From positions 4,768,001 through 4,832,000 of the forward strand of contig OY761158.1 of assembly GCA_963664405.1 (NCBI GenBank): 64,000 nucleotides of DNA, in the 5' to 3' direction. The stretch is from Thermoanaerobaculia bacterium. Its GTDB lineage: Bacteria; Acidobacteriota; Thermoanaerobaculia; Multivoradales; Multivoraceae. Positions 31,362 to 41,034 of the stretch are shown piece after piece. Both the position numbers and the translations under genes were made by a program. The stretch's first letter is position 1, and each line of letters starts with the position of its first letter. Below the pieces are notes generated by a model. The model was given only the letters and a program-made list of their open reading frames with translations. It ran no database searches and was not told where the DNA came from.

Positions 31362-33281
31362 ATGAGGCTGGCGACGGGCCTCCTCCTCGCCTTCGCAGCG
31401 GCGGCATCGGGCCAGGCGCGCAGCTCCTACTCTCCTGCTGTCGACCGCTCCCACCCCACCGAGGTCTATTGGGGAGACACTCACGTCCACACCAGCCTGT
31501 CGTCGATCGACGCAAATATCAGCGGGCTCAATGAGGACAAGCCCGAGCTCGCCTACCGCTTCGCGCGAGGCGAGGTGGTGACGGCCAAGAACGGAATGCC
31601 GGTGCAGCTGCGCCGCCCTCTGGACTTTCTCGTCATCGCCGACCACGCCGAGGGCCTGGGAGCAACCGCCGCCCTCCAATCGGCGGATCCGGCCTTTCTC
31701 GGGACCGAGCACGGGCGAAGGCTCTACGACGACTACCGAGCTTTCCGTCGCGAAATGGCTACAGTAGCCACCGATCGATTTGAATCTCCGGAGGCACGAG
31801 TACGGCGCTACCCCTACCGGGCGGAGTTCTCGATCGAGGTAGAGGAGCTCGAAGAGCCTTTCAGGCGCTCGGTCTGGAGCCGCGTCGTCGAGCTCGCTGA
31901 TGCCTTCGACGATCCCGGGACCTTCACCGCCCTCGCGGGCTATGAGTGGACCTCGGGCCTGACCTTCGCCAACCTCCATCGCGTCGTGATCTTCAAGGAC
32001 GACGCTTCGAAGACGGGCACGATCGCCCCCTTCAGCTTCTTCGACAGTCCCGACCCCGAGGATCTGTGGCGCTTCCTCGAGCGCTACAAAGAATCGACGG
32101 GTGGAGACGTACTCGCCATTCCCCACAACGCCAATCTGTCGAAAGGCCAGATGTTTGCTCCCAACACCTTCGACGGCAGCCCGCTGAGCGCCGCCTACGC
32201 CGAGACCCGCAGTCGCTGGGAGCCGCTCTACGAGGTCACTCAGATCAAAGGCGACAGCGAGACCCACCCCGTCCTGTCGCCGACAGACGAGTTCGCGGAC
32301 TTCGAAACCTGGAATAGCTGGGCCGGAGAGATGGAGAACCCCATCGAGCACCCTTGCTGCCAGGACTTTGACGCCGCGTCCGAGGGCGAGCTGAAGAAGG
32401 CGGAGTACGCGCGCTCGGCCCTGAAAAGGGGGCTAGAGGTACAGGCCGAGCTCGGCATCAACCCCTTCAAGTTCGGGATGATCGGCTCGACCGACGCGCA
32501 CACCTCGCTGGCCACCGCGGATAACGACAACTTCTGGGGCAAGTTCTCCATTAACTTCCCCTCTCCCGAACGCATGTTCGACCTCGTTGTCGCGCGCTGG
32601 CCGGCACCGCTGAACTGGGAGGGCGGCGCCGCCGGCTACGCCGCGGTCTGGGCGCACGAGAACACCCGAGCCGCGATCTTCGAGGCGATGAAGCGAAAGG
32701 AAGTCTACGCGACCAGCGGCCCCAGGATCACGGTGCGCTTTTTCGGCGGCTGGAGCTACGGGCCTGACGACGTGCATCGCTCGGACTTCGCCGACATCGG
32801 CTACGCCAAGGGTGTGCCGATGGGTGGCGACCTCAGCGCGCCGCCGCCGGACCGTTCCCCGAGCTTCTTGATTCGAGCGCTGCGGGATCCGGACGGGGCC
32901 AACCTGGATCGTGTCCAGGTCGTCAAGGGCTGGCGGGATCGCCGCGGCGAGCTCCACGAGAAGGTCTACGACGTCGCGCTCTCCGATGGTCGTCGGTTGG
33001 ACGCCGACGGCAAGGCCGAGCCACTGGTATCGACCGTGAACGTCAAGGACGCTTCCTACACCAACACCATCGGCGACGCCGAGCTCGCCGTGACCTGGAG
33101 AGACGAAGACTTCAATCCAGACGAGCTCGCCTTCTACTACGTGCGCGTCTTAGAGATCCCCACGCCGCGATGGACCGCCTACGATGCCAAGTTCTTCGGC
33201 ATCGAGAACATTCCCCAAGAAGTGCGGAGGGTCACCCAGGAGAGGGTCTATACCTCGCCGATCTGGTACACGCCTCGCTAA
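31362..33281 (+). CDS. DUF3604 domain protein (secreted, PHP-like metallohydrolase fold)
   Basis: YWGDTHVHTS, RRPLDFLVIADHAE, GYEWTS, LHRVVIF, IPHNANLS, EVTQIKGDSE, GSTDAH, SPIWY. Confidence 0.9.
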   Translation: MRLATGLLLAFAAAASGQARSSYSPAVDRSHPTEVYWGDTHVHTSLSSIDANISGLNEDKPELAYRFARGEVVTAKNGMPVQLRRPLDFLVIADHAEGLGATAALQSADPAFLGTEHGRRLYDDYRAFRREMATVATDRFESPEARVRRYPYRAEFSIEVEELEEPFRRSVWSRVVELADAFDDPGTFTALAGYEWTSGLTFANLHRVVIFKDDASKTGTIAPFSFFDSPDPEDLWRFLERYKESTGGDVLAIPHNANLSKGQMFAPNTFDGSPLSAAYAETRSRWEPLYEVTQIKGDSETHPVLSPTDEFADFETWNSWAGEMENPIEHPCCQDFDAASEGELKKAEYARSALKRGLEVQAELGINPFKFGMIGSTDAHTSLATADNDNFWGKFSINFPSPERMFDLVVARWPAPLNWEGGAAGYAAVWAHENTRAAIFEAMKRKEVYATSGPRITVRFFGGWSYGPDDVHRSDFADIGYAKGVPMGGDLSAPPPDRSPSFLIRALRDPDGANLDRVQVVKGWRDRRGELHEKVYDVALSDGRRLDADGKAEPLVSTVNVKDASYTNTIGDAELAVTWRDEDFNPDELAFYYVRVLEIPTPRWTAYDAKFFGIENIPQEVRRVTQERVYTSPIWYTPR

Positions 33282-33342
33282 GAGGCCTGGTTGGACCCTG
33301 AAGCTAGGTGCCACCCGAATATTTGACAGCAAAGGATGGCGT

Positions 33343-33370
33343 TTGACAGAAGATCCCTTCAGACTAAAAT
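33343..33370 (+). promoter_or_regulatory. Sigma70-type promoter for DUF1800-DUF1501
   Basis: TTGACA-N16-TAAAAT, followed by GGAGG and ATG at 33406. Confidence 0.6.
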
Positions 33371-33405
33371 TGTCAGAAGGTCCCTCATCCCCTGGAGGTG
33401 TTCTG

Positions 33406-35337
33406 ATGGTTCGGGCACGCAATTCTCGGTCGTCGAAGGTCCCGGCCGGATGGGTTGTCATGCCCGCAGGTCTGACGCTGTGTGTGGCGGTTGCGTTCGC
33501 GCAGGACCGTGCTCCAGCGGAAAATCCACATGCAGCGGCCCTGGCGCCGGCCGAGTGGGTCGACGATCTAACGCCAATCACCGCATCCCATTGGAACTAT
33601 GACCGCGCGGCTCACCTTCTGGAGCGGGCCGGATTCAGCGGCCCACCCGAAGAGATCGAGCGGCTCGCTGCGATGACACCTGAGCAGGCCGTCGATTATC
33701 TCGTCGACTACGAATCGATCGAGCCTGAAACCACGCCCTTCGATCCTTCGCAGGCCTGGGGTGAGGAGATGTACGCCGACGTCGACCGTCACTTGACCTT
33801 CTTTGGGGCGATCGACAGAGCGTACGAGGTTGGCGAGGCCTACGGCAAGAAACCGGCCGAGTCGGGGGAGCGACGCTACCAGGACATAGCGATCACGGCC
33901 GCCTTCAAGATTCTAAGCAGCGCTAGGGAGTGGCAGCGCGTGGCACTGTGGTGGGCCAATCGGATGCTCACTACGACTCGACCGCTGGAAGAGAAAATGA
34001 CGCTCTTCTGGCATGGCCATTTCGCCAACGAGGAGCAGAAGATCAGGGACTACCGGCTGATGTTCTACCAGAACCAGACGTTTCGCCGCCGGGCGACCGG
34101 GAATTTTCGCGACATGCTGGTGGCCATATCTCAAGACCCAGCCATGCTCGTCTATCTGGACAACCGGAAAAACGTCAAAGGACACGCCAACGAAAACTAC
34201 GCGCGTGAAATTCTGGAGCTATTCGCCCTGGGAGTGGGCAACTACACCGAAGACGACATCAAGGAAGTGGGACGGGCGTTTACGGGTTGGAGGAACGAAG
34301 GGCTGCGATTTATCAACGATCCAACCCTGCACGACGAAGACAACAAGACGATCTTCGGCAAGACGGGCAACTTCGACGGATATGACGCGATCGACCTCAT
34401 TCTCGAACAGAAAGTGTGTGCGGAATGGGTGGCCGGGAAATTCCATCGTTTCTTTGTCCGGGAAGAGATCTCACCCGCGCTGAAGGCGGAGTTGGCCTCG
34501 ACTTTTCGCGACAGCAACTACGAGATCAAGCCACTGCTCAAGGCAATCTTCCTCAGCCGCGACTTTTACAGCCAAGCGTCCGTTGGAACCCAGATTAAGG
34601 GCCCGGTTCACTATTACGTCTCGGCCGGCCGCAGGCTGGGACTCGATCAACTCCCGGGGACTCCCCGATTCGCCCCCTCGATGACCGGGTTGGGCCAGGT
34701 CCTGGGAAATCCGCCCAACGTCAAAGGATGGGACGGCGGACGCGCATGGATTAATCCGTCAACCTTGGTACAACGAGCCAATCTGATGCGGCAACTCCTC
34801 GATACCAGAGACGACGACGCGCCCAGCCCCGCCCACTCAGACGACGCGTCCGATCGATTCGGCGGAAGATCCATGATGACGGAGAGTGAAGAACGTGAAT
34901 CGAATCGATTCAAATCCCTAATCCCCAAAGACGAGGATAGCGAAACAAGCCAGCCTGACGGAGATAGTGAGATGAAGGGGGCGCCGTCCATGAAACAGCT
35001 CACTGAGAGGGGGGACTACGCCATAGCTCGCGCCTACGCTACTGCGTATGAGCTCAGCTACTCGCGGATCAAGCCGATTCCGGCCACGCCTGCCGAGCTA
35101 AACATAACTGAGATGGCGAAGTCTGCAGGCGTCGAAACGGCCGAGGACGCAGTCGACTATTTCATCCATCGTTTCTTGCGTGTCGAACTGGGCGAATCCG
35201 ACCGCCAGTTGACGATCTCGTATATGAAACACCTCTTAGGTGGAGAGAAGATCGATTACGAGTCGCCTGAAGCAGAGGATAACTTGCGGGAAGTGCTTCA
35301 CTCGATCATGAGCACTGTCGAATTTCAACTGGGCTGA
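33406..35337 (+). CDS. DUF1800 domain protein
   Basis: AAHLLERAGF, EKMTLFWHGHFA, DPAMLVYLDN, NENYAREILELFALG, PPNVKGW. Confidence 0.92.
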   Translation: MVRARNSRSSKVPAGWVVMPAGLTLCVAVAFAQDRAPAENPHAAALAPAEWVDDLTPITASHWNYDRAAHLLERAGFSGPPEEIERLAAMTPEQAVDYLVDYESIEPETTPFDPSQAWGEEMYADVDRHLTFFGAIDRAYEVGEAYGKKPAESGERRYQDIAITAAFKILSSAREWQRVALWWANRMLTTTRPLEEKMTLFWHGHFANEEQKIRDYRLMFYQNQTFRRRATGNFRDMLVAISQDPAMLVYLDNRKNVKGHANENYAREILELFALGVGNYTEDDIKEVGRAFTGWRNEGLRFINDPTLHDEDNKTIFGKTGNFDGYDAIDLILEQKVCAEWVAGKFHRFFVREEISPALKAELASTFRDSNYEIKPLLKAIFLSRDFYSQASVGTQIKGPVHYYVSAGRRLGLDQLPGTPRFAPSMTGLGQVLGNPPNVKGWDGGRAWINPSTLVQRANLMRQLLDTRDDDAPSPAHSDDASDRFGGRSMMTESEERESNRFKSLIPKDEDSETSQPDGDSEMKGAPSMKQLTERGDYAIARAYATAYELSYSRIKPIPATPAELNITEMAKSAGVETAEDAVDYFIHRFLRVELGESDRQLTISYMKHLLGGEKIDYESPEAEDNLREVLHSIMSTVEFQLG

Positions 35338-35351
35338 GAAAGAAGTCACCG

Positions 35352-36611
35352 ATGTCGAAACATCAAGATTGTTGTCCTCCCAGATCTCGGCGTGGCTTCA
35401 TGAAGTCCGCGGCCGCAGCTCTGGGAGCCGGCGCCGCTCTGCCGTTGTTCCTGCGGGAGACAGACATGGCCTTCGCCGCCAATGCATTGGCGGGGGTCGA
35501 ACACGATCATCCAGAGCGGATTCTCGTCGTTCTCGAGTTGACCGGCGGCAACGACGGGCTCAACACCGTCGTTCCGTACACCAACGACGAGTACTATCGT
35601 CTGAGGCCGACGCTTGGGATCAAGAAGGACAAAGTGCTCCGGCTCAACGACGAGCTCGGGTTTCACCCCAGTCTGGCCGGGTGGGAGCGCCTGTTCAAAG
35701 ACGGACAAATGGCGATTGTGAACGGTTGCGGCTATCCCAACCCCACTCGCTCGCACTTCGAGTCAATGAGGTTTTGGCACACGGCTGTGCCCAACGCCCC
35801 AGAGCAATACGGCTGGGTCGGACGCCTCGCCGACGCCCGCTACCCCCAGGCCGACGGCAACTACATCGTGAATCTCGCCTCGATCCAATCGCCGGCCGTC
35901 GTCAGCGCGAAGCATTCGCCGATCGTCTTCGACGACCCTGATCGTTTCCGCCGTGAGGGATCCACCGAACAGGCCGAGCTGTTTCGCGAATTCGCCGCAC
36001 AGAGGGAGCCGAGCGGCAACCCAGCGATGGACTTCGTGCGATCCATTGCGTCGACCGCTCAAGAGAGCTCGGGCTTCATCCGTCAAGCCTGCGCCGAGTT
36101 CCGCAGCAAGGCAGACTATGGGTACGGCGCCATCGGCCCCGTGTTGCAACGAATTGTCGCCCAGATCGACGCGGATTCACCGGCGCGAATCTATTACACG
36201 AGCTTCGGCAGCTTCGATCACCACGCCGGCCAAGCTAACGCGCACCGCACCCTCTTCGACCAAATCGGTGATGCGCTCCTCGGGTTCCAGAACGATCTGG
36301 AGGCTGTCGGCCGAGCCGAGCAAGTGGCGGTCGTGATGTTCTCCGAATTCGGCCGGCGGGTGAAGGAGAACTTGAGCCTCGGAACAGACCACGGGGTCGC
36401 CGGGCCGATGTTCGTGGTCGGCAATCAGGTCAAAGGCGGCTTTTACGGTGAGCTTCCCAGCTTGACGGACCTCGACGAGGGTGACCTGAAGATGACGACG
36501 GACTTCCGCCACGTCTACGCCACGATGATCAAGGAGTGGTTGGGCGTTGACGACGCCAAGTCCGTTCTCAAGGCCGACTTCCCGACTTTGAGAATGTTCG
36601 AATCCGCCTAA
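35352..36611 (+). CDS. DUF1501 domain protein (Tat-exported)
   Basis: SRRGFMK Tat motif, [41 protein letters not shown]. Confidence 0.92.
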   Translation: MSKHQDCCPPRSRRGFMKSAAAALGAGAALPLFLRETDMAFAANALAGVEHDHPERILVVLELTGGNDGLNTVVPYTNDEYYRLRPTLGIKKDKVLRLNDELGFHPSLAGWERLFKDGQMAIVNGCGYPNPTRSHFESMRFWHTAVPNAPEQYGWVGRLADARYPQADGNYIVNLASIQSPAVVSAKHSPIVFDDPDRFRREGSTEQAELFREFAAQREPSGNPAMDFVRSIASTAQESSGFIRQACAEFRSKADYGYGAIGPVLQRIVAQIDADSPARIYYTSFGSFDHHAGQANAHRTLFDQIGDALLGFQNDLEAVGRAEQVAVVMFSEFGRRVKENLSLGTDHGVAGPMFVVGNQVKGGFYGELPSLTDLDEGDLKMTTDFRHVYATMIKEWLGVDDAKSVLKADFPTLRMFESA

Positions 36612-36624
36612 ACCCCGCAACCCG

Positions 36625-36960
36625 GGGATGCTTGCGCTGCAGGTCGCGCAGGAGATCGATGATCTGCGCCTGCACCGAGACGTCGAGCGCCGACGTCGGC
36701 TCGTCCAGGAAGATGATCTCCGGGCGAAAGATGATGGCCCTCGCGATGGCGATTCGCTGACGCTGGCCGCCGGAGAACTCGTGCGGGTAACGATCCTGGG
36801 CATCGGCATCGAGCCCAACCTCCTGCAAGGTTTCTCGGACAAGCTTGCGGCGCGCATCCGCCGAAATCGCGCTTCGGTGGATCTTCAAACCCGCCTCGAC
36901 GATCTGATTCACCGACAGCCTCGGCGGCAGGCTGCCGTACGGATCCTGGAAGACGATCTG
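36625..36960 (-). pseudogene. Internal fragment of a peptide ABC transporter ATPase (YejF/DppF-like)
   Basis: [46 protein letters not shown]; no Walker A or start. Confidence 0.85.
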
Positions 36961-36968
36961 CTCCTTAC

Positions 36969-37304
36969 TTACTTTGCTCCCTTTGCCGCGAGCGAGTGCG
37001 GCCTCGGCACCACATTGTCACTGCTCGTCTGTCGTTTCCGCGGCATCCTGAGCTTCACGTCTAGCGAGCCACCCAGCGCCTCGGAAATCTTTACCATGGT
37101 TCCGAGGGTGGGGTTGGCGTTCGTATCGAGGAGCTGCCCAACCCAGGCCCGGGAGCATCCGAGTCGACGTGCGAGCTCGGCTTGAGTAATCCCCTGCGCC
37201 GTCATTGCGTCGTGTACACGGGTAACGAACTCAAGTTTCGCCCCCTCGACCTTGTAGTCGATGCTCTCTCGCATTTCGCGGAGCATCTCCTGGTAATTTG
37301 TCAT
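36969..37304 (-). CDS. XRE-family HTH antitoxin/regulator
   Basis: [22 protein letters not shown]...[15 protein letters not shown]. Confidence 0.85.
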   Translation of the reverse strand: MTNYQEMLREMRESIDYKVEGAKLEFVTRVHDAMTAQGITQAELARRLGCSRAWVGQLLDTNANPTLGTMVKISEALGGSLDVKLRMPRKRQTSSDNVVPRPHSLAAKGAK

Positions 37305-37312
37305 CGTTCTCC

Positions 37313-37605
37313 TTACCTCCATTCCGCCTCTTCCGAGACTCCAACTTCTTCAATCTCTGACGCTCTCTCCCTTAGGTATCTTTCGCGCACCTTCTGAGCC
37401 TTCTCGATCTCGTTCGGCGGTGTCTTGACTCTCGCTCGGCTATCAGATTCGCGGGTCCTACCGTCGTCGCCTTCTCCATCAGCCGCAACATCTTCTCGCC
37501 CAGCGGGCTGGTACTGATCGCTTCCAGCGTGGGACAACGACCTTGGCCGTCGCATACCGCAATCACTCTCCAGATGCGCCCAATCGCTATCGTTTCGGTT
37601 TTCAA
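37313..37605 (-). pseudogene. RelE/Gp49-like toxin with internal deletion and frameshift
   Basis: N-terminus ([16 protein letters not shown]) and C-terminus ([17 protein letters not shown]) are in different frames, central core is missing, and it lies upstream of the HTH gene. Confidence 0.65.
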
Positions 37606-37629
37606 GGTGCCCTCGACCCTCTCTCCTTG

Positions 37630-37681
37630 GTCAAGGATAATCTTGACACCAGGGAGAGACTACGTCAAGGCAAAACTTGAC
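37630..37681. promoter_or_regulatory. Paired palindromic operators GTCAAG-N6-CTTGAC
   Basis: Copies at 37630-37647 and 37664-37681, upstream of the toxin-HTH pair. Confidence 0.65.
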
Positions 37682-37704
37682 CATTGGAATGCGACTAGGG
37701 CCTG

Positions 37705-38064
37705 CCTCGCCGAGGGTCTCGAGGCGGCGCATGAGAAAGGTGTGGTGCATCGCGACCTGAAGCCAGCGAACATCAAGCTCGGTCCGGACGCCTCGGCGGT
37801 GAAGATCCTGGACTTCGGTCTGGCCAAGGCGATGGCCCCGGAGATGGAGCTCTCCCGGTCTTCTCCGTGGGCGCTCCCGAAGTGCTCTTCGACATGTCGC
37901 CATACTCGCAGGCCGTTGGGTGGAGCTATGCTCCGGCGCCGGACGGGCCACGCTTCATGCTGATGAAGCCGGCGGCGCCGAGCGGCCCTGGCGTAGCGCA
38001 GTCGGAGATCGTGATCGTGCAGAATTGGTTCGAGGAGCTCGAACGGCTCGTGCCGACCGATTAA
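37705..38064 (+). pseudogene. Ser/Thr kinase fragments (catalytic loop plus extreme C-terminus of a kinase/PD40-type protein)
   Basis: [24 protein letters not shown]...DFGLAK joined out of frame to ...IVIVQNWFEELERLVP*. Confidence 0.8.
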
Positions 38065-38065
38065 G

Positions 38066-38200
38066 GCCGGGAACCGATTGGAGGCGTTGAAGGGGAACCG
38101 CAAAGGTCAGCACAGCATTCGGATCAACTCACAGTGGCGCATCTGTTTTCGATGGGTGCGCAGCGATGCACATAACGTCGAGATCGTTGACTACCACTGA
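38066..38200 (+). pseudogene. higB: 3' half of a HigB (RelE/ParE) toxin
   Basis: GNRLEALKGNRKGQHSIRINSQWRICFRW...VEIVDYH*. Confidence 0.88.
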
Positions 38201-38207
38201 GGTAAAC

Positions 38208-38513
38208 ATGCCAAGGCAGCAGAAACTGGACCCGATTCATCCTGGAGAGTTCCTGCTAGAGGAGTTCATGAGGCCGATGGGTATCACGACCAATCGGTTG
38301 GCCAGGCACCTGGGTGTTCCGCCGGGGCGGATCAGCGCCATCACCAACGCCAAGCGCTCGATCAGCGCCGACACTGCGCTCAGACTGGGCAAGTATTTCG
38401 GCGTCTCTGCAGAGGTCTGGACAGGTCTGCAGGCTGACTTCGATCTGAGAGTCGCGCGACGCGAGGTCGGCGAGGAGATCGAAGAGCGCGTTCACGAACA
38501 CCAAGTTGCTTGA
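38208..38513 (+). CDS. higA: HigA family antitoxin
   Basis: PIHPGEFLLEEF..LARHLGVPPGRISAI..ISADTALRLGKYFG..WTGLQ. Confidence 0.93.
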   Translation: MPRQQKLDPIHPGEFLLEEFMRPMGITTNRLARHLGVPPGRISAITNAKRSISADTALRLGKYFGVSAEVWTGLQADFDLRVARREVGEEIEERVHEHQVA

Positions 38514-38526
38514 GGGCTGCTACTGA

Positions 38527-38565
38527 GCCCCAGGTAGCCTCCGGCACCCGAAGGCTACCTGGGGC
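38527..38565. terminator. Perfect 14-bp hairpin between convergent genes (terminator or REP-like)
   Basis: GCCCCAGGTAGCCT-N11-AGGCTACCTGGGGC; no U-tract. Confidence 0.55.
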
Positions 38566-38594
38566 CGCGGCGGCCACCCCGACCCGCGTGAGCC

Positions 38595-40403
38595 TTATCG
38601 CGGTATCAACCAGATCGGCGACGACCAGGCGCGCTCTTGATGCGTGCTCGCAAGACCGGGTCGAGGCGGCGTGCCTGCGCGCACGGCCTCCCAGGTCGAC
38701 CAGCGGCAGGTCGGATTCTCGAGCGCGCGTACGTAATAGAAAGCACGTTGACTGCGGTCGAAGTCTGGATCCGTCCAGAGTGTTTTGAGCTGCGCCGCGC
38801 CGAGGTCGGCGCTGACGCTGCAGTCTGCAAGATCCACCTCAGCGCCGTTCTCAGGGCAGCGATGGGTCTTGGGGTCGACCTCGAGACCGTCCGAGCAGGC
38901 CACGTCGTAGACCCGCTCCTGCGGCCGGCCGTCTTCGATCCAGCCCTTGATCACCTGCAGACGCTGGAGTTTCGCGGCCTCGGGGTCCTGCATCGCCCAC
39001 ACCAGGAACTGGGGTGCGCCGCGGCGCCGGGCAGGGAGGTCGGCGCCCATCGGCACACCGTGCTGGTAGGCTTTTGCCATCAGATCCTTGTCTTCGAGCG
39101 CATCGCCCTTGAAGTCGTAGCTGCCGAAGAAGCGCACCCGGATGCGCGGTCCGCTGGTGGCGAAGGTCTCCTTGCGGCGGAACGCGTCGTAGATCGCTTC
39201 GCGAGTGTTCTCGTCGGCCCAGACGCCCGCGAGGCCCGAGGCGCCCCAGGTCGGCAACCTGGCAGCCCTTCCCGTGGTCTGTGAAACGTCGCCCCAGGTC
39301 TTGGCACCCCCCGGGGGCACCGAGCCGCGCCGCTCCGGCGTCGCATCTTTGAGCCCGAGCTTGCTGAAGAACTTCGACTCTTCGTACGCCCCGCCCCCAT
39401 TATGGCCGTCGGTCGAGCCGATCATCCCGAACCGGTAGGGGTTGAAGCCCTCGTTCTCCTCGAGCTCGAGCCCGGTCAGGTAGGCGTCGCGCACATAGCT
39501 GCCACGAACGTACTCGGGCTTCCTGTTGGCGGGGGGGAGATACTCGATCCCGAAGTCGGCCCACTCGTCGTTGGTGGAGAGCAGGGGGTGTGTCTCCGAA
39601 GTGCCCTTGATCTGCGTGACCTCGACCAGTGGCTCATTGCGCATCCGCACCCGGGCGTAGGCCGCGTCGAAGGGCTCGCCCGAATTCTTCTGGCGCGCGA
39701 ACTTATGGCCGGCGCTTTGGTTCGAGTTGTGGGGAATCGCTAGCGCTTCGATGCCCTCTGCGCGCAAGCCCTCGAGCCAGTCCCACAGATCCTCGGGGTT
39801 CGGCGAGTCGAGTCGAGAGAAGGGTACCTCCGGCGCTTTCGCACTGCGGAAAATGACATTGCGGTGTTGATTGCCCCCATCGGTCTCCGATGACGTGTAT
39901 TCGTAGGCGACGAAGGTGGTGAGCTTGCCCGGCTCGTAGTTTCGCTCCGCCGACGCGATGATCTCCCGCCAAGCCGAGCGTGTGGCCTCCGGGTCGGGGT
40001 GGGCGGCAAGGAACTGTATGCCTTTGGTCGTCGAGGCGTCGTCATAGATCAGATTCGTCGGATCGAAGAAGCGGCGGCCGTCGGGATGGTTCGCCAGCGG
40101 ATGATCAGGATCCATCATCGCCCACCACCGGCCGAGATAGAAGCCGTGGTCGGTGACCGCGTAGAAATCGAGCGGACGATCGAGCTGGATATCGAAGCCG
40201 GCGGGATGTTGGATCGCCTCCCCGCGGGCATACCGGTAAGCGTCGTCGGGTGTCGAGCGGGTGCCGAAGGTGAACGCGTCCAAGGAAAAGGCGGTATGGA
40301 TGTGCAGATCACCGAAGTAGGCTTGGCGGTGCTCCGCGGCTTGTGCGCTCTGCGAAAAAGCCGCGAGGTACGCGACGAGCAGAATACTGATTCTCGGCGA
40401 CAT
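38595..40403 (-). CDS. DUF3604 domain protein (second paralogue)
   Basis: YFGDLHIHT, RPLDFYAVTDH, YEYTS, HRNVIF, IPHNSN, EVTQIKGTSE, GSTDGH, ERAWSSPIW. Confidence 0.9.
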   Translation of the reverse strand: MSPRISILLVAYLAAFSQSAQAAEHRQAYFGDLHIHTAFSLDAFTFGTRSTPDDAYRYARGEAIQHPAGFDIQLDRPLDFYAVTDHGFYLGRWWAMMDPDHPLANHPDGRRFFDPTNLIYDDASTTKGIQFLAAHPDPEATRSAWREIIASAERNYEPGKLTTFVAYEYTSSETDGGNQHRNVIFRSAKAPEVPFSRLDSPNPEDLWDWLEGLRAEGIEALAIPHNSNQSAGHKFARQKNSGEPFDAAYARVRMRNEPLVEVTQIKGTSETHPLLSTNDEWADFGIEYLPPANRKPEYVRGSYVRDAYLTGLELEENEGFNPYRFGMIGSTDGHNGGGAYEESKFFSKLGLKDATPERRGSVPPGGAKTWGDVSQTTGRAARLPTWGASGLAGVWADENTREAIYDAFRRKETFATSGPRIRVRFFGSYDFKGDALEDKDLMAKAYQHGVPMGADLPARRRGAPQFLVWAMQDPEAAKLQRLQVIKGWIEDGRPQERVYDVACSDGLEVDPKTHRCPENGAEVDLADCSVSADLGAAQLKTLWTDPDFDRSQRAFYYVRALENPTCRWSTWEAVRAGTPPRPGLASTHQERAWSSPIWLIPR

Positions 40404-40498
40404 CGTCTTCTTCTCCTTCACCTAGGACGGGAGCTCAAGGGTAGTGCAATAGCGTGCGAAATGGCTACCGCCCTTTGGTCACCTCTGGCAGCCGCCCC

Positions 40499-40807
40499 TC
40501 AGCGGCTTTCAAGCGAGAACACTTCGACCTGCCGTTCGAGTTCGGTGCCCAGGCGATCGCGCTCGACCTCCAGATCGTAGCGCGACTGAAGGTTGAGCCA
40601 GAGCGCTTCCGAGGTGCCGAAGAACCGTGCCAGGCGGAGAGCTGTGTCTGCAGAGATGCGCCGCTTGCCGTGCACGATCTCGTTGATCCGACGAGGAGAG
40701 ACGCTCAGGCCCTTCGCGAGCCGATATTGGCTCAGGCCCATTGGTTTGAGAAATTCTTCGAGCAGCACTTCACCAGGATGAATGGGTTCGAAGATCTTCT
40801 TGTCCAT
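40499..40807 (-). CDS. higA: Orphan HigA family antitoxin
   Basis: PIHPGEVLLEEFLKP..RRINEIVHGKRRISADTALRLARFFGTS..WLNLQSRYDL; no room for a higB upstream. Confidence 0.93.
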   Translation of the reverse strand: MDKKIFEPIHPGEVLLEEFLKPMGLSQYRLAKGLSVSPRRINEIVHGKRRISADTALRLARFFGTSEALWLNLQSRYDLEVERDRLGTELERQVEVFSLESR

Positions 40808-40840
40808 GTCGTTGAGATCTTCCAGAGATCCTCTGCACCG

Positions 40841-40872
40841 TAACGTGGCGCGTTATTAACGTCAAGCGTTAA
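40841..40872. promoter_or_regulatory. Tandem palindromes TAACG-N5-CGTTA, probable HigA operators
   Basis: TAACGtggcgCGTTA followed by TTAACGtcaagCGTTAA, about 35 bp upstream of higA. Confidence 0.65.
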
Positions 40873-41034
40873 GGCCCTGTCTCGGCGTCTACCGGAGCTT
40901 GCCACTTCCGCTCAACTACCTAGCCATTAAGGGACGTGATCGGACGTGAGGACCTTGCTGGAGCGCTCAGCTACCCATCGACACTCGAACTGCTAGATGC
41001 CGAAGGCGGCCTCGTTTCTTCGCTCCTACGCGTC

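Noticed and set aside
15128-40872. Integron cassette array as the explanation for the many TA modules
   Set aside because: No integron integrase, genes lie in both orientations, and I found no recurring attC-type RYYYAAC...GTTRRRY sites between genes
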